In this document: positions 44,897 through 54,460 of the stretch, piece after piece
Layout of the letters: each line of letters begins with the position of its first letter
Position numbering within the stretch: position 1 is the stretch's first letter
IMG/VR virus record: IMGVR_UViG_3300033418_000001
Location: 32,001 to 96,000 of that record
DNA: 64,000 nt
Reading direction: 5' to 3' (one strand)
From: a virus
Notes under the pieces: model-generated
What the model saw: the letters and a program-made list of their open reading frames with translations, nothing else
Told to the model about the DNA's origin: nothing
Databases searched by the model: none
Translations under genes and position numbers: made by a program

Positions 44897-45187
44897 CTAA
44901 CGCTTGGTGGACCGGTCCATCACGGCCCGGGCACGCCCATAGAGGGTGATGCCCTCGTAGCGGATGTAGTCGCGCAACTCGGGGCAGTGGGACGGCTCTT
45001 CGGTGCCGGTGGTGCATTGGCACTCATGGCGGTCCCGGTTGATGCAGTCCTCGCACTCCTTGCACCATGGACTGAAGAACTCCTCCACCCACCGCAGAAG
45101 GGAGCAGTCGCCGCCGAACTGGCGGTGGGGGAAGTCGTAGGCGGGGCAGGTGCAGACTACTTCGCCTGCTCTGGCCCGCCTGCTCAT
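44897..45187 (-). CDS. Cys-rich hypothetical protein
   Basis: CTCPAYDFPHR..GGDC...CKEC. Confidence 0.55.
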   Translation of the reverse strand: MSRRARAGEVVCTCPAYDFPHRQFGGDCSLLRWVEEFFSPWCKECEDCINRDRHECQCTTGTEEPSHCPELRDYIRYEGITLYGRARAVMDRSTKR

Positions 45188-45405
45188 ATCTTGTTCTCGT
45201 CCACCTTGTGGTCACCGCACCAGTCGGTGGAGAACACCGCCGGGTAGCCGTTCATGGTGGGCGCGTGCCTGCGGCAGCGACCGAACCCGGGCTTGGGCGT
45301 GGTAACGAGGTCACTCGTCTCTATCGCGGGTGCCTTCTCCACGTACCACATGCACGTCCTGCACTGCATCCCCTTGCTCCGGTGCTTCCACGGGTCTTCG
45401 CTCAT
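45184..45405 (-). CDS. Small Cys-rich protein
   Basis: CRTCMWY...GRCRRHAP...DWCGDH. Confidence 0.6.
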   Translation of the reverse strand: MSEDPWKHRSKGMQCRTCMWYVEKAPAIETSDLVTTPKPGFGRCRRHAPTMNGYPAVFSTDWCGDHKVDENKI

Positions 45406-45549
45406 CTCGATGCTCCTTTGTGGTCCGAGGGCGATCCACAGCGGCCACCCAACCGAACTGTTTTCGTCGCGCACGCCCGCCGATCTGAGCGGCCCGCCTA
45501 CGTCTACCTTCTGACGCGATGTCATTCTTGGTCTTCTCCGAAAGCATGG

Positions 45550-45882
45550 TCAGTTGGGCTTGATTTCCACCAACTTCCGGTTGTCGAAGGGGAACGCCTT
45601 CGCCAGTTGGATGGGGGACACCGCCTGCATGTAGCCCTCGGCGATCTTCAGCGGCGCCGGGAGGTGGCAGAGGATTTGCGACTTCGGCAGCATCAGGTCG
45701 GCGTCCTCGGCGGGGATCATGAAGTTGACGAAGCCGATGCGAATCTCCGGCCCCACCTGTTGGTACTGCAACACGCGCAGCTTGCTGAACACCACGCTGT
45801 CCTCGGTCTCAGCCACCATCTGGCCGATGCAGTCCGTCATGTTGTTCAGCTTGAACAGCAGCACTTCCTTCGTCCCACTCAT
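45550..45882 (-). CDS. Hypothetical Sm-like protein
   Basis: LLFKLNN..DCIG...; AAGGAGG RBS. Confidence 0.5.
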   Translation of the reverse strand: MSGTKEVLLFKLNNMTDCIGQMVAETEDSVVFSKLRVLQYQQVGPEIRIGFVNFMIPAEDADLMLPKSQILCHLPAPLKIAEGYMQAVSPIQLAKAFPFDNRKLVEIKPN

Positions 45883-46102
45883 CGTCGTCCTCCTTCGGTA
45901 ATCGCAACGCCTCTTCCCGGGAGATGCAGCCGCAGGAGAGAGACGCACCATGGCGCAGGATGTCTCCGCGCAGAGTTTCCACCGTGCCGCAGATGCAGCG
46001 ACAGACCCACAGCGCGTGCCCGTGGTATCGCTCTTCCGACAGCCAGATCACAAGCCACGCGCCAAACCTCTGGCGCGTCAGGTCTACCAACTTGCGGCTC
46101 AC
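45809..46102 (-). CDS. Homing-endonuclease-associated Zn-binding domain, apparently without nuclease
   Basis: DLTRQRFG...WVCRCICG...SCGC typical of HNH/AP2 homing endonuclease N-termini. Confidence 0.55.
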   Translation of the reverse strand: MSRKLVDLTRQRFGAWLVIWLSEERYHGHALWVCRCICGTVETLRGDILRHGASLSCGCISREEALRLPKEDDDEWDEGSAAVQAEQHDGLHRPDGG

Positions 46103-46671
46103 GGCGCGATGGTGAAGGACCACCCTGTAGGTGGCCTAGCGTTGTCCATCGGCCCGAGCAGCGCCCCCGACTTCGAATACACCTTGACGAGAACCTTGTG
46201 GGGCTTGTTGTCGTAGTAGGTATCGGGGATCACCCACTTCCACACGTTGACGTGCCCCGGGTAGGTCGGCGTGGGGACCACGGTGTAGACCGGCCCGACA
46301 CCATCCACCTGCAACGTGATCTTGTTCGACTTCTCCACCACACGACCGGAGATGTAGGAGCCGCCGATGGTGTTGGGGTTGGTCGGCGGACCCACGTCGA
46401 TCTTGCCGGTGAGGAAGTCCTGCGGCTTGGGCAGCTTGGACTTCAGCACGAACTCCAAGTACGGCACGTCCTGCGACCGCACGATGGAGTCCACCATGCC
46501 CTTGGTGTAGGTGACCGCCGTGCCCTGCTGCACGACATACCCATCAGGGAACGTCAGGGTCACATCACGCGGCTCCACCACCGTCAGGTTGGTGGGTGGC
46601 GGCAAGGTCTGCGGGTGCGCCTGTTGCGCGGCGAGGCCCAAGGCCAACACCGCGATCACTGATCCGATCAT
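46099..46671 (-). CDS. Exported protein
   Basis: Signal peptide, LPPPTNLTV, beta-rich. Confidence 0.55.
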   Translation of the reverse strand: MIGSVIAVLALGLAAQQAHPQTLPPPTNLTVVEPRDVTLTFPDGYVVQQGTAVTYTKGMVDSIVRSQDVPYLEFVLKSKLPKPQDFLTGKIDVGPPTNPNTIGGSYISGRVVEKSNKITLQVDGVGPVYTVVPTPTYPGHVNVWKWVIPDTYYDNKPHKVLVKVYSKSGALLGPMDNARPPTGWSFTIAP

Positions 46672-47096
46672 GGTTGCGTCTCCTTTGCAGATGTCTGCAA
46701 CACCGCGCCCTTGCGGTGAACGAGGTCAAGAAGCTCAGGGGTGGGTTCCTTCGTGCCCTCGGGCAACACCGCCATCAGGTAGTTGGCATCCACGGTGGTG
46801 TCCACGCGAGAGTCGAACTCGTACCCGGTCTGTGAAGTCAGCATCAGCCGCCGCGACTCCTCATCGAAGCCACGCACCCGATACCATACCCTAGCCTTGA
46901 TCAGGTGCAAGAGGAACTTGACCCTGCCCTGCTCGTCGGAGAAGTCCATCTTCCGCAACAGCACCGCACCATCGAACTCCCACCCTCTCGGATGTGGAGA
47001 AGCCCCCGGGGGGCCACCCTTCTCGGGCGGGGCGGGGGCTTCTGCCGGGGGCGTGACGGGCGGCTCGATCTTCTTACGGATGATCCGCACCGGCAT
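46668..47096 (-). CDS. Hypothetical protein
   Basis: GAGGAG RBS; coupled to neighbours. Confidence 0.55.
   Translation of the reverse strand: MPVRIIRKKIEPPVTPPAEAPAPPEKGGPPGASPHPRGWEFDGAVLLRKMDFSDEQGRVKFLLHLIKARVWYRVRGFDEESRRLMLTSQTGYEFDSRVDTTVDANYLMAVLPEGTKEPTPELLDLVHRKGAVLQTSAKETQP
46685..46700. repeat. 16-bp palindrome copy 15 (coding C-terminal tail, LQTSA)
   Basis: TTGCAGATGTCTGCAA. Confidence 0.95.
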
Positions 47097-47099
47097 GGC

Positions 47100-47960
47100 T
47101 CACTCCTCGGGGACGGTCACATCGAGCGTCACCTTGGGGAACGCCTGTTCCAGAGCCTTCAGGGTGTCGTCCAACTTCAGGTCCACCATCGCTTCGACCA
47201 TGGCCGCGATCTTCTCGGCCTTGGTGAGCTTCTTCGGCTTCGCCGCCGGTTCCGCCGGGGCATCCGCGCCGCCGATGGTCGGGATTTCGACCGAACCGCC
47301 GAGGTACCCGGTGGCGAGGTTGGTGATGGCCACCGAATCGTACTCGGTCTTGGTCTCGGCCTTGACCTTGGCGAGGGCTTCCTTGACGACTTCCTTCTGG
47401 TCCGACTTCAGCTTGAAGGTCATCGTGGTGAGCGTGCTGTCGCCCTCGGTCTCGGAGGCGTCCTTGCCGCCGGTCGCGGTCTTCTTCTTGACCGCATCGA
47501 GCAGTTGCACGTAGGTGAGCTTCTTCGCCTTGGCGACCCACGATTCGACGTTCTTCGCGGTGATGACCTTGGCGATGGCCGCGATCTTGGTCCAACCGAG
47601 ACCCTGCACCGCGCTGTACGGGATGCTCTTCTCGGTCAGGTTGCGGTAGATGTCGATCAGGTACATCGCCTTGCGGTAGTGCAGGGCGAACTTCTCGTTG
47701 CACAAGTCCTTGAAGGACTTGGCGTCGCCCAACCACTCCTCGGCGCCTTCCTCGCACTTGGCCTGAATCGTGGACAGTGCGCCCCCGAGCTTGAAGCTGT
47801 TCTGCTCGATGTCGTTGGACAGTTCTTCGACCAACGTGAACGCCTTCGCGGCGGTCAGGTTTTCGACCTCCTGCGCGGTAGCGAAGATCAGGTCGGCACT
47901 CGCCGCCTTCGCCTTCGTTCCCGCAGCGACCTTGCTTGCCACACCCTTTTTCGCTGCCAT
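47100..47960 (-). CDS. Lys/Ala-rich putative DNA-binding protein
   Basis: SFKDLCNEKFALHYRKAMYLI helical motif, GWTK; strong RBS and promoter. Confidence 0.6.
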   Translation of the reverse strand: MAAKKGVASKVAAGTKAKAASADLIFATAQEVENLTAAKAFTLVEELSNDIEQNSFKLGGALSTIQAKCEEGAEEWLGDAKSFKDLCNEKFALHYRKAMYLIDIYRNLTEKSIPYSAVQGLGWTKIAAIAKVITAKNVESWVAKAKKLTYVQLLDAVKKKTATGGKDASETEGDSTLTTMTFKLKSDQKEVVKEALAKVKAETKTEYDSVAITNLATGYLGGSVEIPTIGGADAPAEPAAKPKKLTKAEKIAAMVEAMVDLKLDDTLKALEQAFPKVTLDVTVPEE

Positions 47961-48003
47961 GTTCCACACTCCTTTGGTTGGACCCCTTACCGGGATCAAC
48001 TTC

Positions 48004-48031
48004 ATCTTACCACATTGACAACGGAGGTCAA
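48004..48031 (-). promoter_or_regulatory. sigma70-type promoter
   Basis: TTGACC-N16-TAAGAT. Confidence 0.55.
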
Positions 48032-48756
48032 GCGTTTTTTGCTTTGACCGCCGCCAGAACTTCCACCTGTGGCTTCGTCAGCGCCCCCGGGGGGAGCTTG
48101 TAGAGCGACGCCGCCATCTGGGCCAGAACGTAGGCGTCGGCCAGATTGTTGGTCGGCGCCTCGTACCCGTACTTCTTGAACACCTGCATCATCACCTGCT
48201 CCTTCTTCCCCACCCCCTTGCCGAGGATGAACTTCTTCAGGGCCGCAGGAGCTACCTCGTACAGCGCCACGTCACCGGAATTGAGGCACATCAGGACTGA
48301 CCGGACACTGGCCCCGAACTCCACCAAGGTGACGAGGGAGTGGGCGTTGGCGTACCCATACCCCTCGATGGCCACGGCCCTCGGATAATACTTGATCATG
48401 GCCTTGTTGACCGCCGCCCGCAGGTCCAAACAGCGTTGGGTCCGCTGCTTCATGGTGGCCGTCTTCGGCAGCGAGGGCAGGTTGATTTCGAAGTCCGCCA
48501 CCGTGCGCCACACCTTGTGGCTCTCGTCGTAGCTCAGGACCACCACCCCGGTGTCGGTGGACACGTCGAGGCCCATGACCGTGGTGAGGGTGGGAGTGAC
48601 GGGGTAGGAGTACGAGGATGCTTGGGGCGGCGATACCGTGGACCCTTGGGGGGTGAACCCGGGCATGTACGAAGTGAACGCCGTCATAGATGCCGGGGCA
48701 CCACCGCCCACCTGAAGAATCTGGGGCTTCATCTTCTTGATGATGTTGATCGGCAT
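48028..48756 (-). CDS. ruvC: RuvC-like Holliday junction resolvase
   Basis: MGLDVS..TG, VAIEGY, P.ALKKFILGKG..KKE, NLADAY. Confidence 0.85.
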   Translation of the reverse strand: MPINIIKKMKPQILQVGGGAPASMTAFTSYMPGFTPQGSTVSPPQASSYSYPVTPTLTTVMGLDVSTDTGVVVLSYDESHKVWRTVADFEINLPSLPKTATMKQRTQRCLDLRAAVNKAMIKYYPRAVAIEGYGYANAHSLVTLVEFGASVRSVLMCLNSGDVALYEVAPAALKKFILGKGVGKKEQVMMQVFKKYGYEAPTNNLADAYVLAQMAASLYKLPPGALTKPQVEVLAAVKAKNA

Positions 48757-49643
48757 CAGAGCTTCACCCCTGACGGGTACTTGCCGCTGAAGCACTGCTT
48801 CACCACCGGGCACGCCTGCGCTCGCTTGTCCATGTGGTTGGTGCAGATCACGTGCGGCAGCACGCCACCCTTGCGGAAGGTCTGCACCCGCTGCCCGAGT
48901 TCGAAGTATTGCTCCACCGCCTCGTCGTTGCGCTGCACCGAGAACTCCTTGAAGGGCAGCACCTTGCCATGGTCCGCGTTCATCTTGCCGAAGCCCTTGC
49001 TGATGTACAGGATGCGCGCATGGGTGAGGTCGATCTGCTCCTTCACCTCCTTGGAGGCAGCACGGTCGATCAACGCGAGGTAGACCTGAGAGCGAATGCG
49101 GTGCTTGGCCATGGGACCGGCGAGCTTGCCGAACTGGTCCTTGTCGATGCTCTTCGCTTCCACGATGGTGAGCTTCTTGTTGCCCATGTCCACGAAGAAG
49201 TCGATGCTGCCGCTGATCCCGGTGGCGGGGTCCACGAACTTCTCTTCGTGGTACTCCCAGTCGTGCTGACACAACTCGGACTTGGAGGTGTGCGGCAGCT
49301 TGGAGAAGTGCCGCTCCTCTTTGCACTTCTTGCACTTCCACATGCCGATCACGTCGTGGCGCAGCCACTTGTTGCGGCACAGGTCATGGAGGGCTTCCCC
49401 GTTGTCGAAGGCCACCTGCAACGCGGCGTTGATGTACTCGGGGGGAAGCTTCTGCTCAAGGACATCGAGCAGTGCGAACTGCCGAGGGCAGAAGCCCAAC
49501 TCGGAGTCCGTCACGGTGGAGACGTGCACCACCTTGTGCGACCGTGCTTCCCGCTTGCCCGCGAGCCGCACGTTGAGGAGTTCGACCAAGGACCGTTGGG
49601 ACAGGTGGTCGTCCTGTAGCCGCTTGAGGAACTTGAGCGCCAT
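48756..49643 (-). CDS. PD-(D/E)xK / Cas4-like exonuclease
   Basis: FCPR, G.ALH, ISGSIDF, IVEAKS, QVY, terminal CPV..QC. Confidence 0.75.
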   Translation of the reverse strand: MALKFLKRLQDDHLSQRSLVELLNVRLAGKREARSHKVVHVSTVTDSELGFCPRQFALLDVLEQKLPPEYINAALQVAFDNGEALHDLCRNKWLRHDVIGMWKCKKCKEERHFSKLPHTSKSELCQHDWEYHEEKFVDPATGISGSIDFFVDMGNKKLTIVEAKSIDKDQFGKLAGPMAKHRIRSQVYLALIDRAASKEVKEQIDLTHARILYISKGFGKMNADHGKVLPFKEFSVQRNDEAVEQYFELGQRVQTFRKGGVLPHVICTNHMDKRAQACPVVKQCFSGKYPSGVKL

Positions 49644-49846
49644 CAGTCCTCCGCGATGATGCGGCTCGCGCACACCACATCACCGTCCACGTTCTTGGTG
49701 GTGAGGGAGAAGAAGTCGTTCCACAGGTAGTGGCCCTCGTTCGAAATGTGGTACGCGATGGTGAGGCGGCGTTTGCAGATGTCTGCAAATGGGCACGCCT
49801 CACCGTCCCTGCACCGAGCGTAGTCGATGGGCAGGCGATGACTCAT
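49643..49846 (-). CDS. Small Cys-containing protein
   Basis: MSHRLPIDYARC..EACP...CKR; coupled start/stop. Confidence 0.5.
   Translation of the reverse strand: MSHRLPIDYARCRDGEACPFADICKRRLTIAYHISNEGHYLWNDFFSLTTKNVDGDVVCASRIIAED
49773..49788. repeat. 16-bp palindrome copy 16 (coding, ADICK)
   Basis: TTGCAGATGTCTGCAA. Confidence 0.95.
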
Positions 49847-50277
49847 TTCATCCTCAGCCCGGTCGGGGTCGGCGGCACGGTCGCCAGTGCCGTCACGATG
49901 TCCACGTTGAAGGGCAGGCTCACCGGACTGGTCCCCGCTAGGTTGGTGGCCGTCATGGTCATGGCGTAGGTGCCCGGGGAGAGGGTGGCCCGCACCGCGC
50001 ACGTCTTGGACCCTGCCGGGGCTGTGGGGTAGGGCGGCGGGGCCGGGAGGCAAGCGCCCTGCAACCCGACGATGGTCGAGGAGTCCACCGGGGGCGCCGT
50101 GGCCACCAAGGTGCCGTTGCGGTACAGCGTGCAGGACGTGGGCACCCCGGTGCTTGGGGTGTACGGGTCCGCCACGATGGTGCAGTCGGGGGTACACGTG
50201 CACTGCACGTTCTGCGCGAAGGCAGGCAGCGACACGACGATGGCAAACAGTCCGACGAGAAGCCAGAAGCGTTTCAT
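49843..50277 (-). CDS. Exported beta-sandwich (FN3-like) protein
   Basis: Signal peptide ending AFA; CTIVAD, PTSCTLYR, GTY..T.TATN.AG.S, PPTPTGL. Confidence 0.65.
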   Translation of the reverse strand: MKRFWLLVGLFAIVVSLPAFAQNVQCTCTPDCTIVADPYTPSTGVPTSCTLYRNGTLVATAPPVDSSTIVGLQGACLPAPPPYPTAPAGSKTCAVRATLSPGTYAMTMTATNLAGTSPVSLPFNVDIVTALATVPPTPTGLRMK

Positions 50278-50621
50278 GGTGAGTCTCCGTTGAGTTCATC
50301 GAACACGTACTTGGGCATCAGCACCCAATCGCCATTCACCTTCGGCTCTCCGCTGCCGTTGACGAAGGACAGGAACAGCAGGGGGTCGCATCCCAACTCG
50401 ATGGCCTCCTGCGTGATCTTGGTGAGCCACGCCAGTTGCAGGCTCGCCGAGGAGTGTAGCGTGGCCTTGGCCTCAGCGAGGTACTTCCCCTTCCGCATGT
50501 CCCCCTTGCGACCATCGAAGGCGCCGCTGCCGGGTTGCAGCTTGGCGCCATGGGCCTTGGCCACACGCTTCTCGCTGCGCTGCCCGTGCTTGCCGCCCCG
50601 ATTGAAGAGGGGGTTGGTCAC
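50274..50621 (-). CDS. PD-(D/E)xK resolvase-like nuclease
   Basis: SEKRVA...QPGSGA..KGD....LAEAK. Confidence 0.7.
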   Translation of the reverse strand: MTNPLFNRGGKHGQRSEKRVAKAHGAKLQPGSGAFDGRKGDMRKGKYLAEAKATLHSSASLQLAWLTKITQEAIELGCDPLLFLSFVNGSGEPKVNGDWVLMPKYVFDELNGDSP

Positions 50622-50811
50622 AGGTTGGGTTCCCGGTACGGCTCATAGCGGCGGTCGTGCAGCCACGTCACGCAGTCGGGGCACAACGCCTTGGCAGGAC
50701 CACCCACGGTGTCGAGAGCCTTGCGACAGCACAGGCACAGCACGAAGGCTTGGGTCACGATGGTGCCCGGGGCGCGCTCCTTCGCCATGGTGAGGCGGTA
50801 GTGCGGCGTCA

Positions 50812-51912
50812 TCATCCCAGTATCTCCCCCGTCTCCTTGTCGATCTTCGCCGTCACCGGAATCTTGTCGATCTTGGTGGCCATGGTGGTGACTGCCGCCT
50901 CGCACTTGCGCGCGAACTTCGCCTCGGCCCGGTACTCATCCTTGATCACGTCCAAGGTCTTGTACTCCTTGCCGAACAGTTCCCACGAAACCTTGCCCTT
51001 GATCAACTGCCCCTGCGCTTTGAGGAAGGACGCCACGGTGTTCCACGCTTCGACTTGACCCACGTCAAGATGCTCATGGGCGATCAGTGCTTGGTCGAAC
51101 TCAAAGCTGCGTCCGACGATAGGGCACTTGTACTTCTTCACGATCCCCGACACGTGGATGACGGCAGGCTTGTCCTTGCTCACCGACTCGATCATCACCT
51201 TCTTGCCATACAGGCGCAAGGTCAGCGACGACGCGAACTTGAGAGCGTTGCCGCCGCTGAACTTCTCGGGGTCGCCATGGGTCTTGCCAATCTCGTAGCG
51301 GGTCTGCGCGATGGCGACGAGCGCCGGGAGGTGGTCAAGCTTGCTCTCCCGGGACAGGGCCATGGTGGACTTGCGGACCATCTTGCTGACGATGGCCGCG
51401 CTGCCCGCCACGATCTGCTTCTCGGCCCCCGACACGATTTCGTTCTCGGTGACCATGGCCGACACGGAGTCCACCAACACCATGCCCACGTCCTTGGCGT
51501 AGAGGAAGGCTTCCACCGCATCGACCGCCTGCTCCGCGTTGTCGGGCTGCACGACAATGAGCCGCTTGGTGTCGAGGCCGAGGATGCTGCCCCAGTCGTT
51601 GTCCCATGCGTGTTCCGCGTCGATCAGCACGGCGGTCTCGCCCATGGTCTGCACCTGCCGCAGCGCAAGGTAGCCCTGCATCGACTTGGCCGATGACTCG
51701 GGGCCATAGACGACGCTCACCCGGCTGCGGGGGATACCACCCCCCGTGGCCAGATCGAGCGGGAAGATGCCGGTGGGGATGCGGGGAACCGGCTTGAACA
51801 CCCCACCCTTGGATGCGACCTGATCCCCGTGCTGCTTCTTCAGTTCCCCGAGAACCTTGTCCGACGCGAGCGAGCCTGCCTTAGTTGTCTTGAGACTGAC
51901 TGCCACCGTCAT
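50812..51912 (-). CDS. recA: RecA-like recombinase
   Basis: IPTGIFPLDLATGGGIP, YGPESSAKS, IDAEHA, LVDSV, GGNALKF. Confidence 0.95.
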   Translation of the reverse strand: MTVAVSLKTTKAGSLASDKVLGELKKQHGDQVASKGGVFKPVPRIPTGIFPLDLATGGGIPRSRVSVVYGPESSAKSMQGYLALRQVQTMGETAVLIDAEHAWDNDWGSILGLDTKRLIVVQPDNAEQAVDAVEAFLYAKDVGMVLVDSVSAMVTENEIVSGAEKQIVAGSAAIVSKMVRKSTMALSRESKLDHLPALVAIAQTRYEIGKTHGDPEKFSGGNALKFASSLTLRLYGKKVMIESVSKDKPAVIHVSGIVKKYKCPIVGRSFEFDQALIAHEHLDVGQVEAWNTVASFLKAQGQLIKGKVSWELFGKEYKTLDVIKDEYRAEAKFARKCEAAVTTMATKIDKIPVTAKIDKETGEILG

Positions 51913-52255
51913 GCTCCTCGGTCAGCGACGCCATGCGGGTGTCCACCCACGCCAAGCACTCCTCGTAGCAGGCGTCCACGCTCTCAGGGTCGCACGGCAT
52001 GTGGATGGAGACGCCCACCTTCACGCTGTTGAAGTCGCCGAGGTTGATGGTGCGCTGCGCCTGCACGCCGACGTTGGCGTAGACCTTGGGCACCTCGCGC
52101 AGGGGTTGCACGGTGGTCTTCACCACCTCGCTCCCTGTCTTGCTGTGCGCGACCGAAGTCTCCACGATCCCCGCCACCTGCGTCTTCTCGGAGATGACCT
52201 GCTTGGCCGTCTTCTTGTTGGGCACCGGCTTGGCCTTCTTGATGTTGATCGCCAT
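51881..52255 (-). CDS. Hypothetical phage protein
   Basis: TINLGDFNSVKVGV motif. Confidence 0.6.
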   Translation of the reverse strand: MAINIKKAKPVPNKKTAKQVISEKTQVAGIVETSVAHSKTGSEVVKTTVQPLREVPKVYANVGVQAQRTINLGDFNSVKVGVSIHMPCDPESVDACYEECLAWVDTRMASLTEEHDGGSQSQDN

Positions 52256-52689
52256 CACGCCGCCTTCTGCCACGTGGCCTTGATGCGGGACACGATTGCG
52301 GCCTGCTTGTCAGCGAACTTGGGGTCGGTGTAGTGCATCGCGCTGCGGTGGGTCACCAACCGCGAGACCTGATACACGTTCTTCGGGTGGTAGCGCCGAC
52401 GCTGCACGCCATCGGTGGTGCGCGGGATGAGCTTCTTGCGCTCCAAGTTGCGGATGGTCTCGGGGCTGCACCCCACTTCAGCAGCGAACTCGCTGATCAG
52501 CATGTAGTTCCTCACGACGCGCTCCCTGTTCTGCCACGGCTTGTTCTTCTTCCGCCACTCCCGGCACACCTTCAGATTCTTCTCCCGGTACTTGCGGTCC
52601 TCTTGGTACCGTTCCCTCCGGCGCTGCGCCACCTTTTCCTTGTTGGCTTGGTACCAGATTTGGAACTTGGTCAGTTGCTTCTTTGCCAT
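52255..52689 (-). CDS. MerR-type HTH protein
   Basis: ISEFAAEVGCSPETIRNLERKKLIP..RRRY. Confidence 0.75.
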   Translation of the reverse strand: MAKKQLTKFQIWYQANKEKVAQRRRERYQEDRKYREKNLKVCREWRKKNKPWQNRERVVRNYMLISEFAAEVGCSPETIRNLERKKLIPRTTDGVQRRRYHPKNVYQVSRLVTHRSAMHYTDPKFADKQAAIVSRIKATWQKAA

Positions 52690-52698
52690 CTTGGTCCT

Positions 52699-54072
52699 CT
52701 ACAGGTAGATCACCTCGCCCTTCAACTCAGAGGAGGTGTATTGCTTGAGACGGGCCTTGAAGTAGCCTTCCAGAATGGCGCTGTCAGTGTCCACGAAGTC
52801 CACGATCACCGGCTTGGGCTTGCCCGGGTACTCACGCAACACTCGCCCTGCGGCTTGGGTCACGTTAGCCCTCGGGGTCGCCAAGATCAGACAATCCCAC
52901 CATGGCACATCCGTTGCCTCACTGGTCATACCGTAGGTGCAGAAGACGAGGTGCTTGGTCTTCGCCACCTCAAGGTCGGCCTTCTTCATGCCACCCTTGT
53001 AGTATGCCATGTCACTGTCAGGCACTCCGGCCCGTTTGCACATCTCCCGCAGCATACCAAGGTGCTTGTCCTCTGCCAAGTCCGACATGACGATGGTCCA
53101 TCGTCCCTTCTTGTAGGCTTGCACAGCGGTGTTGACGATCATGGCATTGCGAATGCCGTCCTGCGCCATGGCCGTGATGATGTGCATCAGCTTGCCCGCC
53201 TCATGCGGCATCTGAATCCTGATCAGGTTGCCGTGCGAGTCCCGACGCATCACCCGGGGCAGCTTCCACCCGGTCATCTTGACCAACACCTTCGGCGGCA
53301 CCGGGATCAGCTTGGCCTTGACCCCCACCCTGCCGATGTGACCATGGAACACCCCGTCCTTGCCGTCGATGCGCTGCGGTGTGGCGCTGAAGCCGAGGCG
53401 TAGCTTGGTGGGGAACATGGCAGCGACCGTGCTGAAGGTCTCTGCGGCCATGTGGTGCACCTCATCGAAGATGACCAAGCCGAACTCGGACTTGTCGAAG
53501 TCGTACTCGCGCTGCGCGAGGGAGTGCACCATGGCCACCACGATGCCCCGGCCCTCCACCTCGCACTTGTTCTGTTGGATGATCCCCACCTTGGGCGCGG
53601 AGGGGAAGAACTTCGCCACCTCCTTGGGCCACGACGTGAGCAGGTCTTCCTTGGTGACGACGATCAGCGTCTTCACGCCTAGCTGCGCCGCGATGTTGAG
53701 AGCGCAGAAGGTCTTGCCGAAGCCCGTGGACGCTTCCACGATGTGCGAGTGGTCCGCCTTGAGCAGGGCCACCGACTCCTTGATGACGCGAGCTTGCTCC
53801 GTGTTGCGCGGGGAGAACGCAGGGGCACCCATGTCGATGGGCAGGCCCGCACTGCGCTTGTCCACCTCGGTGCCTCGCCAGTTCTGCACCATCTCGCGCG
53901 GCACGCCGATGAGCGGAGCCATGCCGAAGCCGAAGGCCACGGAAGCAGTGCCCGCCGTCGCCATGTTGTACGCCTCATCGAACCGGTTGATGCGGTTCAG
54001 CGAGTCGTGCATCTTCTGCGTGTGGTGGTACCACGCACAGGAGTCAACCAACAGGGGTTTGCCGTAGATCAT
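52699..54072 (-). CDS. Superfamily 2 (DExH) helicase
   Basis: STGFGKT, IFDEVHH, GFSATP.R.DG, QAAGRVLR. Confidence 0.9.
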   Translation of the reverse strand: MIYGKPLLVDSCAWYHHTQKMHDSLNRINRFDEAYNMATAGTASVAFGFGMAPLIGVPREMVQNWRGTEVDKRSAGLPIDMGAPAFSPRNTEQARVIKESVALLKADHSHIVEASTGFGKTFCALNIAAQLGVKTLIVVTKEDLLTSWPKEVAKFFPSAPKVGIIQQNKCEVEGRGIVVAMVHSLAQREYDFDKSEFGLVIFDEVHHMAAETFSTVAAMFPTKLRLGFSATPQRIDGKDGVFHGHIGRVGVKAKLIPVPPKVLVKMTGWKLPRVMRRDSHGNLIRIQMPHEAGKLMHIITAMAQDGIRNAMIVNTAVQAYKKGRWTIVMSDLAEDKHLGMLREMCKRAGVPDSDMAYYKGGMKKADLEVAKTKHLVFCTYGMTSEATDVPWWDCLILATPRANVTQAAGRVLREYPGKPKPVIVDFVDTDSAILEGYFKARLKQYTSSELKGEVIYL

Positions 54073-54428
54073 TCTCCCTTTCCCCAACGCTCGCTCACCA
54101 CTTCGTAGTAAAACTCTTCGGGGGTATCCCTCGGCGGATAACACCACACCGCAGAACGAGCAACCAACGCCCGGGCCTCTGCTTCGTCATGGTGGTTCTT
54201 CACCTTGGCCCGTACCAAAGTTTGCCGCACGATCTGGGACACCCTCTGCTGAGAGATGCCCCACTTGCGACCTAGCGCGGCGCAAGTCATGCCGCAGAGA
54301 TGGTCCAACGTGATCATCGCGTTGCGGCGCCGAACCGAAATACCGGTCTCCCATGGCTCCGCGTTGACGTTGATGACCTGCACGCTCACTCCTTTGAAGG
54401 TGGGGGGTTCCGGCCTGTATCGTTTCAT
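54069..54428 (-). CDS. sigma70 region-4-like HTH protein (candidate transcription factor)
   Basis: GMTCAALGRKWGISQQRVSQIV. Confidence 0.6.
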   Translation of the reverse strand: MKRYRPEPPTFKGVSVQVINVNAEPWETGISVRRRNAMITLDHLCGMTCAALGRKWGISQQRVSQIVRQTLVRAKVKNHHDEAEARALVARSAVWCYPPRDTPEEFYYEVVSERWGKGE

Positions 54429-54460
54429 CCGGCGTGGGCAAGTCCCAACCCCCCGTACTG

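Noticed and set aside
48756-49643. Cas4-like gene as evidence of CRISPR-Cas
   Set aside because: Stand-alone PD-(D/E)xK exonuclease within a RecA/RuvC recombination block, common in phages
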